Source: Lytechinus pictus
Taxonomy: Eukaryota
Direction: 5' to 3'
NCBI RefSeq assembly: GCF_037042905.1
Contig: NC_087251.1
Span: 10,728,001-10,792,000, forward strand
DNA length: 64,000 bases
The notes beneath the pieces are model-generated. The model saw nothing but the letters and a program-made list of their open reading frames with translations. It searched no databases and had not been told where the DNA came from. A program made the translations under genes and the position numbers. Below are positions 54,236 to 64,000 of the stretch, piece by piece. The stretch's first letter is position 1. The number at the start of each line of letters is the position of its first letter.

Positions 54236-54979
54236 TTAATTCAGATATTACATGCCAGGGTATTGTCCTAGTTTTCATTTTTGGTGCGTAAATTGATCAA
54301 ATTATTCGTTCCTTTGAACACTATTCTAAACTGAGTGGACTCCAAATATATATTATCATCTCTCGTCTATTTCTACTTGCCCTTCGGCCTTGAAGTAAAC
54401 TTTGGATAATTATGCATTTTGTTATACGCAATTTTGAGTACAGTGCACTTTGCCGCAGCTACTTATATGATATTACCTATTGTAGACACATCCTTATGTT
54501 TTGTTCATTTTCTTAAAAACGATTAAGAGTTTAATCATTTTTGTCTTTAAGCATAAAACAAAGAGTACATGTAATCAGTCCATTCTGTATGTGTGAACTG
54601 CAAAAAAAAATACAATGGTCGTTAACTTGGTTTGCTGAAAAGCCTGATAGCCTTTGAGGTAACTTTTTAAAGTATTTAGAAGAAATGTATCTTTTTAAAA
54701 AGTATTTATATGCACTGTAATTTCTTTGATAGTTACTGTTATGTTACACTGTTTGTACAGTAAAGCAGCTGTTATACATTTTTTGTCAATAGCAAATGTA
54801 AACCAGTATTGTAAATTGATGACTCTATGAGCTAAATACCAGTACTTTCTATATCACTTGTAAAATCATTTGTTGTTTGTTCATTGAAGGTGTTGTATTT
54901 TCTTAATCTTATAAAAGTCCATAGGGTCATGAACACATTCTACTGCTACCAAAATCATACCCATGATCTGTGATGTATC

Positions 54980-55825
54980 TAACCAGTTACCACACACATT
55001 GCAACACACCAGTTGCTACATACATTATCATGCATCAGTTATCACACATACCATCACACTAGTTACCACACAAATTTTGGGTAATGACTCTGATGCATGG
55101 TATTATGTGTGGTAACGTGTGTGGTAATTGTAATGCATGTGGTAACTGGTGAGTGTTTACCACACACCATTTACCACACGAATTACCTCATATTTTACCA
55201 CACACCAGTTACCACATGCATTACCACACACCAGTTACGTAACTGGTGTGTGGTAGTGTATGTGGTAACGCGTGTGGTAAATCGTGTGTAGTAATGCATG
55301 TGGTAACCGGTGTGTGGTAAAATGTGATGTAATTTGTGTGGTAAGGCGTGTGGTAAAATGTGAGGTAATTTGTGTGGTAAATGATGTGTGGTAACGCGTG
55401 TGGTAACTGGTGTGTGGTAAAATGTGAGGTAATTTGTGTGGTAAATGGTGTGTGGTAATGCATGTGGTAACTGGTGTGTGGTAAATGGTGTGGTAACTAG
55501 TGTGTGGTAACTGTCGTGTGGTAAATGGTGTGTGGTAATCTATGTGGTAAATGGTGTGTAGTAACCATCGTGTGGTAACCGGTATGTGGTAAAAATTGTT
55601 ACCATAAATTAATCCCTTGTGTGGTAAATGTTACCGTATATTAATCCATTCATGTGGTATTCCTGTGGTAATGTTGTGTGGTAAATGTTCCAATTTACCA
55701 CAGGACAATACCACACGACATTACCACACAATACCACAGGACATTAAGACAGCATTACCACACAACAATATATGTGGTAATCGTGTGGTAAAGTCCTATG
55801 GTAATTATATGGTATTACCACAGGA
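54980..55825. repeat. Right subterminal array of TGTGTGGTAA / TTACCACACA
   Basis: Dozens of 13-16 bp units in both orientations. Confidence 0.9.
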
Positions 55826-58434
55826 CATTTTTGTAAGGGTTTCAATACAATATTGTGACATAATATTAAGAAAATAATACAATGTTCCACTCTTTCCCTT
55901 TCCTTTTCTCCTTTTTTTCTTGGCCGTGAAACACTTGGGGGGCCCCCAATCCCCACCCCATCTGTACGCCAGTTGCTGAAGTTACATTCCCCGATTTTGC
56001 AAGGGCTGAAAATTAGGCGTCGCACTGCACTAACGCCCCAAACTGCCCATCTCTCTCTCTCTCTACAACTCGTGTTAAGCAAGAGTGCATGCAGGCAATC
56101 ACGGCAGGCAATACATCTGAGCATACATGTATTTCACTTTTACAACTTCGGATTTTAATCGGCTCCGGAAACAAAGTTTCTGCTTGTTATGTCCCAAATT
56201 CATAATCTTTTATGATCAGGATGTACTTTGAATATCATATTATTTGATGTTTCAAAACGTATACTCTGGAAATGCAAAATTTCTCGCCGTTGAAAGAGAA
56301 ATCCTACAAACAGGGTTTTCAAATCACTTGTGTGGCACATAAACTTTGTACAGCATAGAATAAATAAAAAGGAGAACACCATCGATCCTCCATAATAGGG
56401 GTTATCAAGTGCTAAATTGGACAAAATTTGAGGAAATCAATTAGCAATTAAGTGTCAAGTAAAGAGTTTTTGTATTAAAATGATCACCAAATCCTTATAT
56501 CCAGGGGCCCGTTTCTCAACACATGGACAAGTTAGTCATATCTTTATCCACCAACCACGAAGTTAGTTCCAATCTTACTAAACCTATTTCTCGAAAGGCT
56601 TCCTAACTAGAATACCGTGATATCGATACTATCGGTAAAAAGAGCAGACGAGACGTAGCCTTAGTCACAAAATAGCATAATTTTCAAAAAGAAAAATTAT
56701 TACAAAATTGCAAATATTATGATGAATTGGGAAATAAATCTTTTCAAAATAATAGCACAGGTGAATTATGCATCATACATACTTAGACCATGAAGACTGG
56801 AGCATTCAATGGCCGAGAAAATTAGATTATGAATAATTCATTCATGACTAAAAAATCACTTGTGGACGTTGAGATGGGTACCCCCGGCAGACCCAATTTT
56901 AAAGGTAAATTGTGACATTGGTTTAATTCAATTTTTTTAAATATATTTCGCGCTTTGCTTTCCGCAATATTGATATACAAGTTCTGATTCCTAACAATGC
57001 CTGGATTGGCCAGAATGTACTGTTTTGTTTTTCCAAAAAAATAAAATAGATGAGAAGTCCCGAATTGTCTGCTTTATTTGGAAGTATGGTTAATCGAAGG
57101 AAGGAAATATGAAGAGCGCCACCTTGAGACCAAATGATTCGATAACTTCCGATCAGTGCAAGACAACACCGCCCAGATTCGTGCCGTGTGCACAACATTT
57201 ACTTTGAAACGTACGATCGACCTTGATCACATTGTCAACAATACGGGGAAAGTCCCGCTTTGCTGCACGTTGACCGCGCAGACTGAAATCAGGGTTGTTC
57301 TGTTCCTATATTTCCTTCGATTTCGTAGAAAGCGTGTGTAAATACGGAAGATGCCTTGGACGTGCAGGCCCCTGTAATGCACACTTTCAAAGAATCAGAT
57401 ACCGCGGACATGTCAAATCCTTGGTCAAACGTGCTTCGTGCAGTGACCATCACGACAATGACGTTATGCATGTTCAGCCCGGCTACCCCCACTTCTTTCA
57501 AATTGCGGTGATTTGGGTTTGTGTGTGTGTGTGTATATGAGAGATTTTTTCCTTTCTCTCATATATTTCGTTTCTCTCTTTATTACTTCCTCAGTGTATG
57601 GAAGGTTAGGCAAGCAGGACGGGAGGCGTGTAAGGATGCTTGTGAAAGGGAAAGAAAATGGCTATTCGTATTTCTTTCTTCCTTCCTTCCTTTCTTTTTT
57701 TTCTTTCTTTCTTATTTTCTTTCTTTCTTTCTTCCTGTTTAGTTACATTTTATTATACACAACTTTTCCTTTTCTAATTCCGTTCACTAAACTGTTATCA
57801 CGTTTTTTGATTTGCTCATTATGATTCATATCACGTGTTGTATGATGTCTTTATTTATGATACTCTTGAAAAAAAGAAGGAAAAATAATAACTGTGCGTC
57901 CTATATAGACTACCTCTATCAGTAAATTACAGCCTCCACCTACAATACCGCGTGCTCTGTTTTTTGTAATATATATAGCCTACTATTCCGTTTCTTTTAT
58001 TTTGAGGCCAGCTATATAATAAAGGTTACGAGTCAAGCAATGACATGTCAAGCTGCCTACGTGCTTGGGTCGAAGAACATCACGAATATTGTTATATTTT
58101 GGGGATTTCATTTCATCTTTCGTTCCAATGGGGTGTATGGCTTTACGATTTAAAAAATCTGCTCGCGGGCGAGCATAAATGTAATTTTTTGAAAGTATAT
58201 TCATGATTATTATACCTCACCCTTTTTCTTTTTTCTGTCTTTATTTTCTCCCCCGGGGGGGGGGGGGCACTCGACCAAAAAAAGTGGTAGGGGTGTGCCG
58301 CTGGCGAGACTAAAAACGGGGTCTTGGAGCGGGCTTATTGTAAAGAGGAGGGCCCTCGGAACGGGCTTTTGGAACTACAAATGTTTGTGAAAATGTGGGT
58401 CCTTGGAACGGATCGCCAGCGTGTGAGTGCGTAA

Positions 58435-59028
58435 TGTAACAAAACTGCCTATTTAGAGTCTGGTAGTAGACTACCTCTGTTATTCTTCTCTCTCTCTCTC
58501 TGTCTATCTCTCTCCTACTATCCCCATCTTCCCTATGCACAGTAGTGCAGTCTCTCTGTGTACACTACATGTGTGTATCTTTATGTAAGAGTGCCTTGTG
58601 CACTCATGTGTTTAGGGACTCCCCTACACTTACACTTGAAGGAGGGGGTTAGTTAGTTGAAGTTTGGCCCTCGATGGGTGCAGTTGTTGTGTAGCTCTCG
58701 TACCGTGAGGAGTGGTTGTAGTTTGGCTCCTGTATTTTTGGTTGTTTCGCTCTAGCTCTGAAGTCAGAAGATAATCGATTGGGAGCAGATATTTGTGTAA
58801 CCACTGCTCCAGTTTAGTGTAAATAAAGGCCAAGACCAAGACTTGAAGGTAATTTCAAATTGAGTTGATTCTTATTTTATTTCTAATTAAGTTTGTCAGA
58901 TGACCGGGAGCAGAGATTGTGAAAACGTGAGTAGACTGAGGAATGAGTGCACGTGAGAATGTGTTGAATCGCAATATATTTTTGTGGAAGAACCTGGTGA
59001 GCAAAGTTCAAAGGTGATTTCGGTTACA
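58435..59028 (+). repeat. 5' LTR (594 bp)
   Basis: TGTAAC...GTTACA inverted termini, internal AATAAA, PBS 2 nt downstream; partner LTR not visible. Confidence 0.8.
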
Positions 59029-59030
59029 AT

Positions 59031-59049
59031 TGGTGGCAGCGGTGGGATT
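59031..59049 (+). other. Primer-binding site, tRNA-Leu(AAG/TAG)
   Basis: TGGTGGCAGCGGTGGGATT is the complement of AATCCCACCGCTGCCACCA, the 3' end of animal tRNA-Leu. Confidence 0.85.
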
Positions 59050-59776
59050 TCAACACATTTTCCAGCATGAATTCTGTCAGTTTACTCAGTTTTCTATAAG
59101 CTCAGATATTGAAGCAAAATTTGTCCTGCTACCCGCACACATGTCCATTCAAATAGATGCCTATGTGGCTCTGCATGAGTGAGGAAAGTAAACAATAGAG
59201 CAGGCTGTACGTGTCACACGCACTGAGCAGTGCAGATATTACTACATGAGCAAGTATTAACTTGTGAGCAATAGCCTACTCGTGAGCAAGACTCATGAGC
59301 AAAATTTATGAGCCAAACCCACATGAGCAAACCCACATGAGCGTACTCGTGAGCAAGACTCATGAGCAAAATTTATGAGCCAAACCCACATGAGCAAAAC
59401 CCAGTGCACATGAGCGTACTCGTGAGCAAGACTCATGAGCAAAATTTATGAGCCAAACCCACATGAGCAAATCTCACGAGCAATGAAACCATGCTCATAA
59501 AATCGTGCTCACGAGCAGTAGATCAATATATAGAATAATAGCGAGCGAATGTGCTCATAAATACACTGTAGTGGTTGCATAAGGCTTGCTCAATCAATGC
59601 TCGTGATAGTTTGGAAAAAGATTTTCAACTTTTGTTGAATAAATATTGTTCAGTTGTATTTGATCAATTTAGTATTAAAAGGAGATCATTTCCAAATTCA
59701 ATCATCCATAAGCACATTCTGGATGTGTGAACTTAAGTAAACTTTGCTATTTGATACATACCTCATTTCATTAGAA

Positions 59777-61186
59777 ATGGCAAAGAACATAAGTCAAAGG
59801 AGGGATATTGAGAAAGAATTAGATCAAATAAATGAGAAAATCAGTCAGTGTAGACTAGAAAAAGAGTTGTTGGAGTGGGAGAAGACAAAGGCAGAAGAAA
59901 ACTCAGAGAAAATGGAAGGTGCTAGGGAAAACCTCAGAAATGTGGGGGAATTCTCAGAAACCCCGAGAAGACCTGAAGAGGCGATGCGGTCGCAATATCA
60001 GGACATTGAATCAGAGGTTAGATTCAAAGCACCCAGAAATAGGTTTCATGAGGAAACAACTGGCTATGTTTCCGAGACAGAAACTATTCCAATTAGGAGG
60101 AATACTGCTTTTGCTCCTCATACTCCGAAGTTGCCTACAACAAATCCCTTCTCGTCTACACCCATTTGCCCCCATGACATTCACAGTGATGTAAATAAAC
60201 AAATACCAAGAAATTCAGGATCAGGACTGACACCTGTCATGATGTCACATAATTTGACATCACCAAAAATGAAAAGACAGAGACCTCTCCTTGTACCCGA
60301 CAGGTATAATGGTAAAACTTCATGGAGAGACTACCATCACCACTTTGAAGCATGTAAAGATGTGAATGGGTGGGAGGATGAAGAAGCAGCCTCCTATTTG
60401 ATGGCAAGCTTGCAGAATGAAGCACTACGGTGTGTAAGTGGTTTGAGCAGCACTGTAAGAAGCTCCTACCAGCAGCTGTCTCAGGTACTGAGACGAAGAT
60501 TTGACTCCAGCCAACAGGCTGAGAATTATCTCATGGAATTGAGATACAGAAAGCAAGGACCTAGAGAGTCTTTGCAAGAGCTTGGTCAAGCTATACACGA
60601 ACTGGCACTAAAGGCCTACCCTGAAATTCCATCAGTGCCCCGTGTAAGGCTTGAAAAGAATCACTTCATAGACGCAGTAGAAAGTCAATCCATTAGAGAG
60701 GGCATTCACCGAGCTCGACCGTCTACATTGGATGAAGCGGTTCAAGCTGCACTTGAAACTGAAAATTTTGAAAGAGTTGAAATGCAGCGAACAAATGACA
60801 GGCTGAGGTCAGGACGACATGCAAGGGGTGTTGATAATGATGCCCGTCTACAACAAGTAGAAAGCATGCTAAATAATCAAATGCAGCACATGCAGACTCT
60901 CACAGAAATACTCCAGAGAATGGAAGGGAGTCGAGCAGAGGCAAGCAACTCTCATACCCCATCACCTCCCCCTCCTAGCCCTGCCAATTCGGGTCGTCGA
61001 CAAAGGGCAGAAGATAGAGCCTGCTATAGGTGTGGAGAAGTTGGCCATTTATGTCGCCAATGCCCGCACCCAAGAAAGAGCAATACACAGTTGGGAAACG
61101 ACAGACAGTCGGCCATGAGACCCGCAGGCAGGCTGGAAGACGAGGGTCAACAATTTCATCCAACTCAAACAGGAATGAACTACTAG
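59777..61186 (+). CDS. gag: Gag of second Gypsy element
   Basis: Open frame from ATG 59777; N-terminal coiled coil, PDRYNGKTSW capsid-like region, CYRCGEVGHLCRQC zinc knuckle. Confidence 0.9.
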   Translation: MAKNISQRRDIEKELDQINEKISQCRLEKELLEWEKTKAEENSEKMEGARENLRNVGEFSETPRRPEEAMRSQYQDIESEVRFKAPRNRFHEETTGYVSETETIPIRRNTAFAPHTPKLPTTNPFSSTPICPHDIHSDVNKQIPRNSGSGLTPVMMSHNLTSPKMKRQRPLLVPDRYNGKTSWRDYHHHFEACKDVNGWEDEEAASYLMASLQNEALRCVSGLSSTVRSSYQQLSQVLRRRFDSSQQAENYLMELRYRKQGPRESLQELGQAIHELALKAYPEIPSVPRVRLEKNHFIDAVESQSIREGIHRARPSTLDEAVQAALETENFERVEMQRTNDRLRSGRHARGVDNDARLQQVESMLNNQMQHMQTLTEILQRMEGSRAEASNSHTPSPPPPSPANSGRRQRAEDRACYRCGEVGHLCRQCPHPRKSNTQLGNDRQSAMRPAGRLEDEGQQFHPTQTGMNY

Positions 61187-63951
61187 CTCCAAATTATTCC
61201 TTCATGATCCCTAATAGGCTATCCAATGCCAAACAAGGCCTATATGTTACTGGGACACTTCGCTCCACAACCTGTCGGTTTCTGATCGATACAGGTTCGA
61301 CTGACACTATCATTAGTGCCACCACTTACTACAGAATGACCAGAGAATCAAGGCCTGACCTAGAATCTTTCATGGAGAGAATCCAACAGGTCGATGGAAG
61401 TCCATTGAGTGTGCTAGGTACAGCATGGGTGGACCTTTGTATTGGTCGAACCGTTCATTCTGTCAAGGTCATTTTTGCAGACATCAAATGCCAAGGGATA
61501 CTTGGTATGGATTTTTTGCTCCCAACACATAGTGTCTTGAACTTTCAGCGTCGCAGTCTCCACATACATGGTGAAGAGATAACCTGTACTACACAGAGTG
61601 GAGAACCTTTTGTTGGTCGGGTTGAAGTAGCATGTGCTACAATGGTGCCCGCCGGACATGAAGCTATCATTCCGGGTAGAATATCCAACAGGAGTGATAA
61701 CATGAAAGGAACTGCGATTGTTGAAGGCTTAGAACCCGAAGGCAAGGTCACAACACAGGGACTAATGGTTGCTAGGACTCTGGTTAATGCAGAGGAGGAT
61801 ATCATTCCGGTCCGAGTATTTAACTCAAGTGACTCACCATGTGATGTCGAAGAAGGTGTAACGCTTGGAATGATATCTACTGCAGAACTTAACCCTGTAG
61901 CAAATGAAGGTTCAAAGCCTAATGATCTCCAACCACATTTAGAGGATCTGTACAACCGTGCAATAATTAATGTGGATTCCCAGTATCATGAGCAAATAAA
62001 AATGTGTCTGATAGACTACGCAGACATATTTTCCAAGAACAGCCAGGATATTGGATGCACAAATATTGTGCAACATAGCATCAAGACTGGGGATGCAAGG
62101 CCCATAAGGCAGAAATCTAGGAGACATCCACAATGTAATCAACAGGAAATAGATAGACAGGTACAAGATCTACTTGACAGAGGGGTGATTGAACCATCAG
62201 AGAGCCCATGGGCGGCAAATATTGTTCTTGTTAAAAAGAAAGATGGTACCCAAAGACTATGTGTTGATTATCGCAATCTTAATGAAGTGACAATAAAGGA
62301 TGCCTATCCTATTCCAAGGATAGATGAAACCCTTGATGCACTTAACTCTGCGAAATGGTTTTCAACACTTGATCTTTCTTCAGGTTACTGGCAAGTCAGT
62401 CTTGATGAAGATGCACAGGACAAGACATCATTCATTGTACGAAATGGTCTCTACAAGTGGAAGGTGATGCCATTTGGGTTAACAAATGCTCCAGCAACAT
62501 TTGAACGCCTAATGGAAAAGGTACTCAAAGGTCTCCAGTGGGAGGTACTTTTGGTGTACCTTGATGACATCATCGTCTATGGACGCTCTGTGGAGGAAGA
62601 GATACATAGACTGAGGCTGACATTCTCGAGACTGAGAGATGCTAACTTGAAGTTAAAGCCAAGTAAGTGTAATTTGTTTTGCAAATCAGTGACCTACTTA
62701 GGGCATGTGGTATCAGATGAGGGAGTGTTGACTGATCCAGCCAAGGTGCAAGCAATAGTAGACTGGCCTCAGCCGAGATGCAAAAAGGAGGTTCGAAGCT
62801 TCCTTGGCATAGCATCTTACTATAGGCGATTTGTGAAAGGGTTTGCAGAAATTGCAAGTCCCCTGCACAAACTCACGGCCAAATCAGCAAAGTTTGAATG
62901 GGATGAGAGCTGTGAACGCTCATTCCAAGAACTCAAACTGAGACTACAATCTGCACCTATCCTCACGTTTCCAACGCCAGATGATGAATTTGTACTGGAC
63001 ACTGATGCCAGCTCAGAGGCAGTTGGAGCAGTACTTTCTCAAGTACAGGGTGGTCAAGAAAAAGTAGTTGCATACTACAGCAGGAAACTTCACAAAGCCG
63101 AGAAGAATTATTGCGTAACTAGGCAAGAATTGTTAGCACTAGTAACTGCTTTGAAACAGTTCAGGCAATATCTGTACGGCAGGAAAGTGAAGGTCAGAAC
63201 TGACCATGCATCGCTCAAATGGCTACTGAACTTCAAGGACCCAGAAGGCCAACTTGCACGTTGGTTGCAACAAATTGCCGAGTATGACTTACACATCGAA
63301 CATAGACCAGGCCGAAATCACGGCAATGCCGATGGTTTATCTCGTATGAAATGCAAACAATGCGGAAGAGGGGATGCAATTCAAACTGATCATAGAGACA
63401 GTTCAACCCCTGACCCAGATGGAGAACACTCCAGCAGAGGCATTGCTTCTCAACCTTCCATGTCAAGCAAAAACATACGAGAGGCTCAACTATCTGACGA
63501 GACTATCCAATGGGTATTACTCGCAAGAGAGGACAATCAACCAAGGCCGGAATGGAAAGATATTGCCCAGAAGTCTGGAGCGGCTAAGACCTATTGGTCT
63601 AAGTGGAATCAGCTAGAAGTTGCTGATGGCATATTATGTCGTCGATGGGAATCAGATGATGGAAAGACTATCAGAAAGCAAATAATCATGCCGGAGAAGC
63701 TCCGTAAGGACGCTGTGAGTGATGTGCATGATGGCTCACTAGGTGCACACCTAGGGCTGAGAAAAACACTGGCTAAGTTGAAGCTACGTTTTTACTGGTG
63801 TGGCATGATTGCCGATGCACGTTCTTTTCTAAGAAAGTGTGATTTGTGTGCAAGAAGGAAGAATCCTCCACGGCACCGGCGAGCTCCATTACAGCAAAGT
63901 ACAGTGGGAGTGCCAATGGAAAGAATAGCACTTGACTTGATGGAATTGTGA
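61030..63951 (+). CDS. pol: Pol (protease-RT-RNase H-integrase N-terminus) of second Gypsy element, -1 frame to gag, integrase truncated
   Basis: LIDTGS, LDLSSGYWQ, FGLTNAP, YLDD, TDAS/TDH/DGLSR, integrase H-H-C-C; stop right after RIALDLM. Confidence 0.92.
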   Translation: MWRSWPFMSPMPAPKKEQYTVGKRQTVGHETRRQAGRRGSTISSNSNRNELLAPNYSFMIPNRLSNAKQGLYVTGTLRSTTCRFLIDTGSTDTIISATTYYRMTRESRPDLESFMERIQQVDGSPLSVLGTAWVDLCIGRTVHSVKVIFADIKCQGILGMDFLLPTHSVLNFQRRSLHIHGEEITCTTQSGEPFVGRVEVACATMVPAGHEAIIPGRISNRSDNMKGTAIVEGLEPEGKVTTQGLMVARTLVNAEEDIIPVRVFNSSDSPCDVEEGVTLGMISTAELNPVANEGSKPNDLQPHLEDLYNRAIINVDSQYHEQIKMCLIDYADIFSKNSQDIGCTNIVQHSIKTGDARPIRQKSRRHPQCNQQEIDRQVQDLLDRGVIEPSESPWAANIVLVKKKDGTQRLCVDYRNLNEVTIKDAYPIPRIDETLDALNSAKWFSTLDLSSGYWQVSLDEDAQDKTSFIVRNGLYKWKVMPFGLTNAPATFERLMEKVLKGLQWEVLLVYLDDIIVYGRSVEEEIHRLRLTFSRLRDANLKLKPSKCNLFCKSVTYLGHVVSDEGVLTDPAKVQAIVDWPQPRCKKEVRSFLGIASYYRRFVKGFAEIASPLHKLTAKSAKFEWDESCERSFQELKLRLQSAPILTFPTPDDEFVLDTDASSEAVGAVLSQVQGGQEKVVAYYSRKLHKAEKNYCVTRQELLALVTALKQFRQYLYGRKVKVRTDHASLKWLLNFKDPEGQLARWLQQIAEYDLHIEHRPGRNHGNADGLSRMKCKQCGRGDAIQTDHRDSSTPDPDGEHSSRGIASQPSMSSKNIREAQLSDETIQWVLLAREDNQPRPEWKDIAQKSGAAKTYWSKWNQLEVADGILCRRWESDDGKTIRKQIIMPEKLRKDAVSDVHDGSLGAHLGLRKTLAKLKLRFYWCGMIADARSFLRKCDLCARRKNPPRHRRAPLQQSTVGVPMERIALDLMEL

Positions 63952-64000
63952 TTCGACAAACTGATATTACGAACACTTACCCCGTATCGATACCAGCCTC

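Larger units (their letters stand above)
44128..55839. mobile_element. 11.7-kb CCC..GGG non-autonomous element (EnSpm/CMC-like) with nested insertions
   Basis: Perfect 16-bp TIR CCCTTACAAAAATGTC / GACATTTTTGTAAGGG; 2-bp TT flanks; dense TGTGGTAA/TTACCACA subterminal repeats at both ends; no transposase ORF. Confidence 0.8.
58435..63943 (+). mobile_element. Second Ty3/Gypsy LTR retrotransposon (5' LTR, gag, pol); 3' part not in window
   Basis: 5' LTR, tRNA-Leu PBS, gag and overlapping pol; inserted into a cccc-polyG-cact repeat starting near 58250. Confidence 0.95.

Overview
AT-rich, intron-rich animal genomic DNA, not prokaryotic. The repeat families and poly-G/poly-C MITEs suggest a sea urchin, but that is inference. 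Genes: (1) the last six exons of a reticulon gene (+, 2017-9201). (2) A complete 13-exon clan-3 (CYP3A-like) cytochrome P450 on the minus strand (38002-15304, 528 aa by manual splicing), convergent with the reticulon. (3) The first coding exon of a second, head-to-head paralogous CYP on the plus strand (43330-43400), with no downstream exons found in the window. The 13.8-kb first intron of the minus-strand CYP holds a full-length but degraded Mag-like Gypsy LTR element (25837-32515) carrying a 21-copy hairpin array, and a three-level nest of non-autonomous DNA transposons (hAT-like > IS3EU-like > hAT-like) with all target-site duplications (TSDs) intact. Downstream of the second CYP exon lie an 11.7-kb CCC..GGG (EnSpm/CMC-like) element with exon-like cargo, and a second Gypsy element (from 58435) with a tRNA-Leu primer-binding site (PBS), a -1 frameshift site with pseudoknot, and an integrase that breaks near the window end. 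Most short ORFs in the supplied track are spurious. I see no unequivocally new system. The best candidates for a second look are the hairpin array, the divergent CYP pair, the cargo-bearing EnSpm-like element and an orphan tRNA-Leu 3'-end copy.
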